IMG/VR virus record: IMGVR_UViG_3300024346_000005
Strand: one strand, 5' to 3'
Source of the DNA: a virus
Lineage: Duplodnaviria; Caudoviricetes
DNA: 64,000 nt
Under the pieces are notes generated by a model, which was given only the letters and a program-made list of their open reading frames with translations, searched no databases and was not told where the DNA came from. This document shows positions 47,921-57,450 of the stretch, in pieces. Numbering within the stretch: position 1 is the stretch's first letter; each line of letters opens with the position of its first letter. The position numbers and the translations under genes are program-made.

Positions 47921-48120
47921 ATGACAAATATTAATTTACGGGCAGGTCGGATGGTGGAACGGCAAGTATTATACAAGGGTATGATTTTATAACTGACCTC
48001 AATCAAATGTGGTTGGAAGATGGTGTTGATGGCGACTACAATGACCTTCGATGGATTCCAAGTCAGGGTGAAATATTTGATAATGGTGGTGGTAATTTTA
48101 CTTATATATTATACTATTGA
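47921..48120 (+). pseudogene. Frameshifted small ORF (MTNIN/F-TGRSDGG...DGDYNDL...YY*)
   Basis: The ATG 47921 frame stops after 23 codons. The -1 frame is open 47935-48120 and encodes W.EDG.DGDYNDL. One extra T at about 47935 would join them. Confidence 0.4.
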
Positions 48121-48127
48121 CAACCCC

Positions 48128-48156
48128 TTGACAACCCGCCCCAGATGCCCTATAAT
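48128..48156 (+). promoter_or_regulatory. Consensus sigma70-type promoter
   Basis: TTGACA 48128-33, 17 nt, TATAAT 48151-56. Confidence 0.85.
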
Positions 48157-48182
48157 ACATAGGTAATCAAACGAAACGCCTG

Positions 48183-48368
48183 ATGCCTGTCGAAGAGACC
48201 CTGACCCGCTGTGTTGTCGATACTCTTGCTCGTAAGTTCTATCTGTATTCAAGCGAAGGTGGTGAAAAAGTTGTGAATTGTGAGACCGTAGACCAGTTTA
48301 TGAATGTTCTTGAAGTGGTTCGTGCTCAGGTAAGTGATGATTGTCTTGCATACTCAAATCCTCTTTGA
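48183..48368 (+). CDS. Small hypothetical protein
   Basis: First ORF after the 48128 promoter. Confidence 0.65.
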   Translation: MPVEETLTRCVVDTLARKFYLYSSEGGEKVVNCETVDQFMNVLEVVRAQVSDDCLAYSNPL

Positions 48369-48371
48369 TAA

Positions 48372-48554
48372 ATGGAAAAGTTTACGGTAGAAGAATTTCA
48401 ATCAGACTTTGATAATCTACTAGAAAGAGTGGAAAATGGAGAGTCTTTTATTGTTACTAGCGAACACGGAGATGCTATGATGATTCCTTATAGTCAATAC
48501 AAAGAAGCAGACGACCTCATACGAATACACACCGACCACGAAGAAGGTTGTTGA
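48372..48554 (+). CDS. Phd/YefM antitoxin-like small protein
   Basis: FTVEEFQSDFDNLLERVENGESFIVT..HG.AMMIP matches the Phd/YefM N-terminal pattern (F..L...V..GE...IT..G...V..P). Confidence 0.55.
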   Translation: MEKFTVEEFQSDFDNLLERVENGESFIVTSEHGDAMMIPYSQYKEADDLIRIHTDHEEGC

Positions 48555-48602
48555 GTCAAGGCAACTTATAGGTCTTATATGTTGCTTCAAGGCAACTTTT
48601 AT

Positions 48603-48675
48603 GGGCGGATAATTTAATTGGTCAAAATGCTCTGCTTATAACGGAGTTATGAGGGATCATGGCCCTCTCTGCCTA
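48603..48675 (+). tRNA. tRNA-Ile(UAU), no encoded CCA, atypical T-loop
   Basis: Acceptor GGGCGGA/TCTGCCT, D stem ATTT/AAAT, anticodon stem CTCTG/CGGAG with loop CT-TAT-AA, T stem GAGGG/CCCTC with loop ATCATGG. Confidence 0.8.
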
Positions 48676-48718
48676 TTGACCATAATGACTCTTTGAGTTA
48701 TAATGGTCTCATACACAA

Positions 48719-48800
48719 GCCCCCTTGGCGTAATTGGTAGCCGCTACGGATTTAAAATCCGTTGACTTTAGTCGTGCCGGATCGTACCCGGCAGGGGGTA
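48719..48800 (+). tRNA. tRNA-Leu(UAA), long variable arm, no encoded CCA, atypical T-loop
   Basis: Acceptor GCCCCCT/AGGGGGT, anticodon stem ACGGA/TCCGT with loop TT-TAA-AA, variable arm GAC-TTTA-GTC, T stem GCCGG/CCGGC with loop ATCGTAC. Confidence 0.85.
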
Positions 48801-48832
48801 TTGAAATAAATATAAGATATTGAGATACTCAA

Positions 48833-49141
48833 ATGTCTTTCAAGTATAAAATAAGTCAGTCATACTGTTGGTATAATAACGGAAGTATGATTGTGAAAAT
48901 GTACTTCATCAACGAGATTCCATTTACCTTCGATGAATTACCTGACGGGCACTTATACGACCAAGACCTCTGTAGAACGGCAGATAAGTATCGTGCATAT
49001 GAACCAGATGATTTATTTAAGAACTCATTCTATCTTATAGACGAGGAAGCACACCCATTACTTTTTGATATGGACCTAGAAAACCCCCAAGACCTTCCAG
49101 ATGAAGGTTATGAGTTTTTGCGGCAGGACTTATCTTCATAA
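48833..49141 (+). CDS. Hypothetical protein
   Basis: Clean ORF with late-like ATAAATA upstream. Confidence 0.65.
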   Translation: MSFKYKISQSYCWYNNGSMIVKMYFINEIPFTFDELPDGHLYDQDLCRTADKYRAYEPDDLFKNSFYLIDEEAHPLLFDMDLENPQDLPDEGYEFLRQDLSS

Positions 49142-49178
49142 ATAATGGTGCTTATTCGTGGTTGTTTAGGCAAAGATT

Positions 49179-49200
49179 AAGGGGCAGAAATGCTCCTTTT
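49179..49200 (+). terminator. Intrinsic terminator
   Basis: AAGGGGCA-GAAA-TGCTCCTT-TT. Confidence 0.7.
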
Positions 49201-49235
49201 CTTGTATAAATAAGTATAACCACGAATAAAGTAGA

Positions 49236-49781
49236 ATGAATAATTATTACACTTATGCATATTTGCGTGAAGATGGAACACCATATTATATCGGTAAAGG
49301 TAAAGCAGGTAGAATTAATAATACCTTACACACTATTCATCTTCCAGTAAAAGAAGAAAGAAGAATATTCTTAAAGAAAAATCTTACCGATGAAGAAGCA
49401 AGGAAGCACGAGATTTATATGATTGCTGTTTTAGGTAGAAAAGATTTAGGAACAGGAATTTTAAGAAATATGACCGATGGTGGGGAAGGTTGTGCCGGTC
49501 GTGTTTTAAGTGAAGAAACAAAAAAGAAGTTGAGTGATAGTCATAAAGGAAGAAAGAAAAGTGAGGCACACCGAAAAGCATTAAGTGAGGCGGCGAAGAA
49601 AAGAAAAGCAAGTGAAGAAACAAGAGAAAAAATGAGTAAAGTTTTTATGGGAGAAAATAATCCGTCTTTTGGGAAAAAGTGGTGGAATAATGGTGTAGAA
49701 AATAAACTCTGTAAAGAATGTCCCGGTGAAGAATATGTTTTAGGATTTCTGAACAAGTATTGGATGAATAAACATAAATAA
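49236..49781 (+). mobile_element. Free-standing GIY-YIG-family homing endonuclease with NUMOD3 repeats
   Basis: YYTYAYLREDGTPYYIGKG...E...I...GR...G.L.N.TDGGEG, then LSEETKKKLS and SEETREKMS. TATAAATA at 49205-12. Confidence 0.82.
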
Positions 49782-49808
49782 AACATATTAGGTATATTAG
49801 TAATAAAT

Positions 49809-52800
49809 ATGGGATTAAACAAACTTGATAATTTTATAAAGAACACAGAAGGTCGCATTCTTTATGTTTCTCCAAGTGACCTTGATTCTACTGATAGTAT
49901 TAGTAATCAGGGTAATTCACTTGCTCAACCCTTCAAGACGCTACAGAGAGCACTTCTAGAAGCAGCAAGATTTTCCTATCAGAGAGGAAATAGTAATGAT
50001 GATGTAGAGAAGACTACAATTCTCTTAATGCCAGGAGCACATACGGTTGATAACAGACCTGGTTTTTCTATAAAAACTGTTGGTACTACTGCAACAGTAA
50101 CATCTCCAAGTGGGGCAACATCTGCGGCATCAAATACCTTATCACTTACACTCAATTCAGTATTTGACCTCACACAAGACGATAATATTCTTTATAAGTT
50201 CAATAGTGTTAATGGTGGTGTTGTTGTACCCAGAGGAACCTCAATCGTTGGTCTAGATTTAAGAAAGACTAAGATTCGTCCAAAATATGTTCCGAACCCA
50301 ACAGATTCTTCTGTTCCAAACTCGGCAATTTTTAGAATTACCGGTGCCTGCTATTTCTGGCAGTTCTGTATCTTTGACGGCAGTACAGAAGGTACGGTAT
50401 ATACTGACCCAACAGATTTTTCCGTCAATAACAAATCAATCCCAACATTCTCCCACCACAAACTCACATGCTTTGAGTATGCAGATGGAGTAAATCTATA
50501 TGAAGATACAGGTCTTACTGACTTGGATATGTATTATGCGAAACTCTCTAATGCATTTAATCTTGCATCTGGTAGAGACATCGATCAAAAGTATCCTGCC
50601 GATCCTCTTGGTTTTGAGAAGCAGAGGCCAGAATGGGAGATTGTAGGTGCTTTTGCCGCAGATCCTATTAAGATTTCTACAATTGAGTCTGGGTCTGGTG
50701 GAACCGCAAGTAGTCAGGTTACGGTCAAAACTTTAGTACCTCACGAACTCTCGGCAGGAACTCCAATTAAGATTAGTGGAGTTTCTCCGGAAAACTATAA
50801 TATCTCAACAAAAGTTCAGAGTATTAGTGATACGGACCCAACTGTCTTTACATATCTTCTTCCAAATTTCCCACTCAATCTAACAACACCAGGAAGTGCA
50901 TCTAGTGCATTTGTAACAATTGAGACTGATACCGTATCCGGAGCATCTCCATATATCTTTAATATTTCATTGCGTTCCGTTTATGGTATGAATGGAATGC
51001 TTGCCGATGGTAGTAAGGCATCGGGTTTTCGTTCGATGGTTGTTGCACAATTTACTGGCGTATCTCTACAAAAAGATGACCGTGCATTTGTAAGATATAA
51101 TCCAACAAATAGAGATTATTCTGACAATATTGCCATCTCCAGAGTTGCCGGAGCAACTTTATCTGGTAATTCTTCTTCTACCAGCATAGCATATCATCTA
51201 GAACCACTATCAATTTATAGAAGTGGATGGGAATCAAGTCACATTAAAGCAACAAATGATGCCTTTATTCAGATTGTTTCCGTATTTGCAATTGGTTTTA
51301 ATAAGCACTTTGATTCTGAAAGTGGTGGAGACCTGAGTATCACTAACTCAAACTCCAACTTCGGGCAGATTTCACTTACTTCTTCTGGATTTAAGAAAGA
51401 AGCATTTGATAAGGACAATAAAGCATTCATCACCTCAATTATTGCTCCAAGAGCAATTGTAGGAGAAGAAGATAATATTGATTGGATTTCATTAGATGTT
51501 GCCAAGATTGATGCACCGAGTAGTAATAACGCCAGACTATATCTATTTGGATTTACTTCTGAAGATGATGTACCACCAGTACTCACTCAGGGATATAGAA
51601 TTGGTGCAAAAGTAGGTGATAAACTATATTTTACTGCAAACGGGACAGAATACTCGGCAAATATTTTAATGTCCGATGGAGTCACAAGTTCTGTTAAAGA
51701 ATATTCAGTAACTGGCATCCCATCATCAAATAAATTTACAATTGGATCTCATAATATTCAGACTGGTGAAAAAGTTATTATTCTGAGTGATGATGGTGAT
51801 TTGCCAGAAAATATTGTAGAAAATACAGTTTATTATGCAATTGCAAGTGATGTTGACGGTAGTTTAACTGCAAATGAAATTAAACTTGCTTCTTCACAAT
51901 CGGCAGCAGTCAGTGCAAATGCAATTAGCGTTTATAAAGGAACTGGTCTAAGAATTCTGAGTCGGGTATCAGATAAGGTTGCCGGAGATGTCGGGCACCC
52001 AGTACAATATGATGGTACTCAGTGGTATATTACCACAAATGCTAATAGTGGCATTTATACGGCAATCAATTCATTGGGTGTTGCGGGATTAACAGAAAGA
52101 ACCGAACCTTCTTATGTAAAGAGAACTGAAGATACCAGAAGTTTGGATGAAAAACTTTATAAGATTAGAGTTGTAATTCCAAAAGAACTTGTGGGTGCCA
52201 AAAACCCAGAGGATGGATTTGTAATTCAAGAATCAAGTTTTACTGGAATTAGATCGGATACTGACATTAATTTATCATCTCTTTCAACATCAGACTATGA
52301 GTATAACAGAAATCCAAGATTTATTAGTACTTGCTCTTTCAATGAATCTACCAAAATTGTAACTGTTACTTCTGAACTTCCACACAATCTTCAAGTTGGT
52401 GATAGTATTATTATCAAGAATGTAACGGACAGCACCAACCCTGCTGGAGTTGGAAATTCTGGATATAATGGAACCGTTGGGGTTTCATCAGTTTTTGATG
52501 ATATGACCTTTAGATATTCTGTAGGAATAACTACTTTAGGATCATTCACAAATGTAACCTCCAACAGAACAACCTCACTTCCAAGATTTGAGAGAAATGA
52601 CTTACAAGCAAATCTTTACAATTATAGAAGCGAAGTAATCACTCCATACATTAGTGGTATTCAGGATGGTGTTTATCACATCTATACTTTAAGTGCCGAT
52701 AAGGCAATTCCAACAGAGTTCACAAATATTAAGTATAGTCAGAATGTTGTTGATTTATATCCACAGTTAGACAGAGATAATATTAATGATAATCCACTTC

Positions 52801-55439
52801 CTTCCAAGTCATTTGCCAAAAGGTCTCCTCTTGGTGAAGTTGTAACAAATGACCTCAAAAAGAGTATTACAAAAGAATCTACCGACACTTTACTCACAAG
52901 TTTAGGAGTTGGTCTTGATGTTTCCTCTGTTTCTAATCCTACAACAACTTCACCAACAATTACCTTTGCAAGAAGGCACGGTCTTGCCGGTATTGTTACT
53001 GGAACCATAACTCCAAATGGTGGTACTCTTTATACTGATGGAACATATCAAAACCTCAAACTTCTCAATACTTCTCAAACTGGAACCTGGCAGGGAGCAA
53101 CGGCAAGAGTTGTTGTATCTGGTGGTGGAGTTGATTCTGTAGATGTTGTTTCTTCTGGTTCTGGTTATTCTGCTGGCAATCTATTCTTTGATGCCTCTGT
53201 GATTGGTAATGGTAGTAATAATACAAGATACACTATTGCAACATCAGGAATCACTACGGCAGTTGGTAATGTAGTTCAATTTACTGGTGCCGGAACAACT
53301 TCTGACACCTATCATCGTATTACGGCAGTTTCTGCCGATAATCAAATTTCAATTGCCAGGACTTCAGGAGACCCTGTAATTACATCAAATCAATATGCTT
53401 ATGTTGTTGGACCTTCAGTTCAGATTACAACCACCAGTTATTCTTCTGGTATAAGTACCTTTAATTGTTCTGGACCTCACGGATTAGTTGCCGGTAATAA
53501 GTTTAGAGTAATTGATTCTTCAAATAATAATAGAGGAGATTATATTGTAAAAGATAGAGTTGACATTGATACATTTACGGCACTTACACCTACCATAAGT
53601 GTGAATGGTGGATATGTCCTCAAGCACGGTCTTTCTACAAATGATTCAAGTTCTGATTCTACCGCAGAAAATCTAGGAATCAGAAGTATTCCATTATTTG
53701 ATAAAGAAACACTTGTTGCTGCTAGTGCAATTACTAACACTACTTCTACAATTACAGTATCAAGTTCTGTAGGTGCAGCAGCAATCACGAAGAGATTCCC
53801 ACTCGGTTCTTATATTCAGATTGATGAAGAGATTATGAGAGTTGCTGGATTCCCTGTGGGTGGTACTTTTACAGTGATTCGTGGTGCTCTTGCCACAAGA
53901 CAAGTATCTCACGATAGTGGTTCACTGATCAGAAAGATTAAACCAATCTCAATTGAATTTAGAAGACCTTCAATTGTCAGAGCATCTGGGCATACTTTTG
54001 AGTATCTTGGATATGGTCCAGGAAACTACTCAACTGGATTGCCTCAGGTTCAGAGCGTAACTTTGACAGAAAGAGAAGAGTTCTTAGTACAATCCCAAGA
54101 AAGGTCCGGTGGTATTGTTGTTTATACTGGTATGAACAATAATGGAGACTCTTTTATTGGTAATCGTAAGACATCTTCATCAACTGGTGAGGAAGTTACA
54201 TTTGATAATCCAATTCCAACAATTACTGGTGAAGACCCATCTAGATTGAGTGCCGTATTTGATGAGGTAACGGTTAAGGAAAGACTTGTTGTTGAAGGAG
54301 GTAATTCTGGTACTGTTCTTTCTCAGTTTGATGGACCTGTTACATTCAATAAAGAAGTTAAGTTTGCTGGTGCAGTAAATGCTAAGTCACAATTAAAAGT
54401 AAGTGCCGATACCCAGTCCACAACTACGGCAAACGGAGCACTAGTTATATCTGGTGGTGTTGGTATTGCCAAGAACCTGAATGTTGGTGGAAATTTAAAT
54501 GTTGCTGGTAGTATAATTGCTAATATAACGGGCAATACAACCGGTAATGTAACTGGTAATGTAACTGGTGATCTTACTGGTACTGCAACTAATGCAAATA
54601 ACATAAACATTTCAGCAACTACATCAACAGATACATCAACTTCGGTAGTATTAGTCGCAAATCAATCAACTGGTAATCAAAGTCCGTTTATTGATTCTGG
54701 ATTGAGTTATAATGCTGATACTAATGCTTTAACGGCATCTACATTTGTTGGTGCTTTAAGTGGTACTGCTAGTTCTGCAACTCAACTACAAACCTCAAGG
54801 ACCTTTAGTATTACTGGAGTTGTTGATGCTCCCGCAGTTTCTTTTAATGGAACTGGCAATGTTGAATTAGTTACTACTTTGGATGATAATTCGGTAACAT
54901 CTGGAAAGATTGTTGCTAATGCAGTAACTACTGCAAAAATAGATTTCCAAAATGCATTAGTTCCTATTGGTGGAATTATTATGTGGTCTGGAATTGCGGT
55001 TCCAACAGGATGGTCATTATGTAATGGAAGTAATGGAACTCCAAACCTAAGAAATAGATTTATTGTTGCTGCAGATAGTCTTACTAAGACTGGAACTACA
55101 TCTCAAGCTGGAACCTCTCCATATGATCCTGGAGATATTGGGGGTAGTGCTGATGCAACTTTAGTATCTCACAGTCATACTGCAACTTCAGATGTTAATG
55201 ATCCTGGACATACTCACACACTTGATACGAGAGATTCCACTGCAAATGAGGGAACCGGTCAAGGAGCAAATCAAGAATTTGCTGGGTGGGATGGTGGTCC
55301 CGATAGGGGAGCAGTAGTGACACAATCCAAGGTAACTCTCATCACAGTTGCGACAACAATTGATCCTTTCGGGGATCCTGCAACAAATGCAAACCTCCCA
55401 CCATATTATGCTCTTGCATTTATTATGAGAACTTCATAA
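49809..55439 (+). CDS. Large virion structural/fibre protein with C-terminal tail-collar domain (1876 aa)
   Basis: Conserved cyanomyovirus start (LDNFIKN..GRILYV.P...D.TDS..NQGNSL..PFKT.QRAL.EAARFSY). Ends VPIGGIIMWSG...GW.LCNG.NGTPNLRNRF...NLPPYYALAFIM. Confidence 0.8.
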   Translation: MGLNKLDNFIKNTEGRILYVSPSDLDSTDSISNQGNSLAQPFKTLQRALLEAARFSYQRGNSNDDVEKTTILLMPGAHTVDNRPGFSIKTVGTTATVTSPSGATSAASNTLSLTLNSVFDLTQDDNILYKFNSVNGGVVVPRGTSIVGLDLRKTKIRPKYVPNPTDSSVPNSAIFRITGACYFWQFCIFDGSTEGTVYTDPTDFSVNNKSIPTFSHHKLTCFEYADGVNLYEDTGLTDLDMYYAKLSNAFNLASGRDIDQKYPADPLGFEKQRPEWEIVGAFAADPIKISTIESGSGGTASSQVTVKTLVPHELSAGTPIKISGVSPENYNISTKVQSISDTDPTVFTYLLPNFPLNLTTPGSASSAFVTIETDTVSGASPYIFNISLRSVYGMNGMLADGSKASGFRSMVVAQFTGVSLQKDDRAFVRYNPTNRDYSDNIAISRVAGATLSGNSSSTSIAYHLEPLSIYRSGWESSHIKATNDAFIQIVSVFAIGFNKHFDSESGGDLSITNSNSNFGQISLTSSGFKKEAFDKDNKAFITSIIAPRAIVGEEDNIDWISLDVAKIDAPSSNNARLYLFGFTSEDDVPPVLTQGYRIGAKVGDKLYFTANGTEYSANILMSDGVTSSVKEYSVTGIPSSNKFTIGSHNIQTGEKVIILSDDGDLPENIVENTVYYAIASDVDGSLTANEIKLASSQSAAVSANAISVYKGTGLRILSRVSDKVAGDVGHPVQYDGTQWYITTNANSGIYTAINSLGVAGLTERTEPSYVKRTEDTRSLDEKLYKIRVVIPKELVGAKNPEDGFVIQESSFTGIRSDTDINLSSLSTSDYEYNRNPRFISTCSFNESTKIVTVTSELPHNLQVGDSIIIKNVTDSTNPAGVGNSGYNGTVGVSSVFDDMTFRYSVGITTLGSFTNVTSNRTTSLPRFERNDLQANLYNYRSEVITPYISGIQDGVYHIYTLSADKAIPTEFTNIKYSQNVVDLYPQLDRDNINDNPLPSKSFAKRSPLGEVVTNDLKKSITKESTDTLLTSLGVGLDVSSVSNPTTTSPTITFARRHGLAGIVTGTITPNGGTLYTDGTYQNLKLLNTSQTGTWQGATARVVVSGGGVDSVDVVSSGSGYSAGNLFFDASVIGNGSNNTRYTIATSGITTAVGNVVQFTGAGTTSDTYHRITAVSADNQISIARTSGDPVITSNQYAYVVGPSVQITTTSYSSGISTFNCSGPHGLVAGNKFRVIDSSNNNRGDYIVKDRVDIDTFTALTPTISVNGGYVLKHGLSTNDSSSDSTAENLGIRSIPLFDKETLVAASAITNTTSTITVSSSVGAAAITKRFPLGSYIQIDEEIMRVAGFPVGGTFTVIRGALATRQVSHDSGSLIRKIKPISIEFRRPSIVRASGHTFEYLGYGPGNYSTGLPQVQSVTLTEREEFLVQSQERSGGIVVYTGMNNNGDSFIGNRKTSSSTGEEVTFDNPIPTITGEDPSRLSAVFDEVTVKERLVVEGGNSGTVLSQFDGPVTFNKEVKFAGAVNAKSQLKVSADTQSTTTANGALVISGGVGIAKNLNVGGNLNVAGSIIANITGNTTGNVTGNVTGDLTGTATNANNINISATTSTDTSTSVVLVANQSTGNQSPFIDSGLSYNADTNALTASTFVGALSGTASSATQLQTSRTFSITGVVDAPAVSFNGTGNVELVTTLDDNSVTSGKIVANAVTTAKIDFQNALVPIGGIIMWSGIAVPTGWSLCNGSNGTPNLRNRFIVAADSLTKTGTTSQAGTSPYDPGDIGGSADATLVSHSHTATSDVNDPGHTHTLDTRDSTANEGTGQGANQEFAGWDGGPDRGAVVTQSKVTLITVATTIDPFGDPATNANLPPYYALAFIMRTS

Positions 55440-55459
55440 ATACTTAAAAAGTCTCCAAG

Positions 55460-57412
55460 ATGGCAAATTATAACAAATCATTTAATTTTAGAAATGGAGT
55501 TCAGGTCGATGATGACAACTTTATTGTAAATGCAAATGGTTTGGTTGGAATCGGAACATCAATTCCTACAGAGTTTCTGGATGTTTACGGAACCGCAAAG
55601 GTTACCGGATTAGTCACGGCAACGAATCTGACAATCACCGGAGTTTCCACTTTTTATAGTGATGTAAGAGTTGGTTCTGGAATTACGATGTATGCCTCTA
55701 CAGGAATCGTAAGTGCCACGGCATTTTATGGAAGTGCCGTTGGACTAACTAGCATTTATGCAATTGCAGTTGATGGATGGATTGTTAATGCCGGAAACCT
55801 CTCTACAACATCTAAAGTAGGTATAGGAACCACACTTCCATACCATTCATTACAGGTAGGTCAGAACCCTCTAACTGGGAATGGATTTTCGGTTGATGCC
55901 ATCACAGGAAATGTAAATACAACTGGAATTATAACGGCACCTAGTTTTGTTGGAAACTTAACAGGAAATGTACTAGGAAATATAAATTCTAGTGGTGTTT
56001 CAACTTTTTCCACACTTCAAGTAGGAACCGGAGTCACTATTAGTGGTGGTATTGTAAATTCTAATAGTTTTGTCGGAAACCTAACAGGAAATATAAATTC
56101 TAGTGGTATTTCAACTTTCTCCACACTTAAAGTAGGAACCGGTGTTACAATTAGTGGTGGTATTGTTACTGCAACCTCATTTAGTGGACCTTTGACCGGT
56201 ACTGTAACTGGCAATCTAACTGGAACAGCAACGACGGCATCAACACTTCCTTCTTCGGCAACTATATCAATTACTTCGGTAAATAGTGGATTTAGTTCAA
56301 CAGGAATTGCAACAATAACTGATACTCTTTATGTAACTGGTAAAATTAAAGTAGGAACTGCCACGGCACCAGAGGCAGACATAGAAGTTAATAAGTCTGG
56401 TATTTCATCGATAAGAGTAATTAGTAGTAATAATGATATTGCAAGTATTGGTATTGGAAGAAGTGCAGAAATAAGAACCGGAAATGTCAATAATTTATAT
56501 CCATATAGCACTAGAAACTCTCTTGATATTATAAACTATAATGCTGAAAATGTCAACTATTATCTTGATTATGGTTCGGCAGGGGTAGGAACTGGTAATT
56601 TTAATTGGATTTATGGGCAGAGTCCATCAAGTCCATTAATGTCACTCACCTATGGTGGAAATCTAGGATTAGGTATTACCAACCCACAATCAAAACTTCA
56701 TGTGGTGGGAACATCCTATATTACTGGCATTACAACAATTGATAGTAATTTAGATGTTAATCAAAATTTATATGTTTATGGAAATATAACATTTAATGGG
56801 TATATAACTGGCAATCTTGGAATCACAACTTTTTCTAGACTAGGTATTTCTACAAGCACAATTTCAACTAATTCTTATGAATTCTTTGTTGGTGGTGATC
56901 CGGTATTTGGTGAAGGAGTTTCAATAACTAAGACTAGTATTAGAGCATCAGGAAATATTAGATCAACAAGTATAACCAGTACGAACATTAATAATAGTGG
57001 TATTATAACTTCTACTTTAGGTTTTGTTGGTCCTCTAACTGGAAATGTAACTGGAAATGTAACTGGAAATGTAACTGGGACAGCAACAACTGCTTATGGA
57101 GCATACAACCTTAATGGATCTCCCGATATTATAGTATCTTCTGTTGGTATCGGCACTACAACCTCCACAGGAACAGCATCACAAACACTTCAAGTTACTG
57201 GTGGTGCTTATGTTTCTGGTTCTGTCGGCATAGGAATTACAAATCCAAAAGGTGTTTTAGATTTAGTTTCTACAACACAACCATTATATCTTCCAAGAAT
57301 GACAACAGCACAAAGAAATTTAATTGTTGGTATTTCTAGTGGTGCAGTTATCTTTAATACAAGTATCAATGAGTTTCAGGGATATACGGGAACTAATTGG
57401 GTGACATTATAA
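55460..57412 (+). CDS. Virion structural/tail-fibre protein (650 aa)
   Basis: KSFNFRNGVQVD.DNFIV...GLVGIGT start, GNLTGN repeats, GIGxTNP motifs and the C-terminal PRMTT.QR...GA.IFN...FQGY.G..W. Confidence 0.78.
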   Translation: MANYNKSFNFRNGVQVDDDNFIVNANGLVGIGTSIPTEFLDVYGTAKVTGLVTATNLTITGVSTFYSDVRVGSGITMYASTGIVSATAFYGSAVGLTSIYAIAVDGWIVNAGNLSTTSKVGIGTTLPYHSLQVGQNPLTGNGFSVDAITGNVNTTGIITAPSFVGNLTGNVLGNINSSGVSTFSTLQVGTGVTISGGIVNSNSFVGNLTGNINSSGISTFSTLKVGTGVTISGGIVTATSFSGPLTGTVTGNLTGTATTASTLPSSATISITSVNSGFSSTGIATITDTLYVTGKIKVGTATAPEADIEVNKSGISSIRVISSNNDIASIGIGRSAEIRTGNVNNLYPYSTRNSLDIINYNAENVNYYLDYGSAGVGTGNFNWIYGQSPSSPLMSLTYGGNLGLGITNPQSKLHVVGTSYITGITTIDSNLDVNQNLYVYGNITFNGYITGNLGITTFSRLGISTSTISTNSYEFFVGGDPVFGEGVSITKTSIRASGNIRSTSITSTNINNSGIITSTLGFVGPLTGNVTGNVTGNVTGTATTAYGAYNLNGSPDIIVSSVGIGTTTSTGTASQTLQVTGGAYVSGSVGIGITNPKGVLDLVSTTQPLYLPRMTTAQRNLIVGISSGAVIFNTSINEFQGYTGTNWVTL

Positions 57413-57420
57413 GGAGGGGC

Positions 57421-57450
57421 TTGACAGAATACTCATAATACTGCTAGACT
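57421..57450 (+). promoter_or_regulatory. sigma70-type promoter
   Basis: TTGACA 57421-26, 18 nt, TAGACT 57445-50. Confidence 0.5.

Noticed and set aside
48372-48554. Complete toxin-antitoxin pair
   Set aside because: Neither neighbour (48183, 48833) shows PIN, RelE or Doc motifs.
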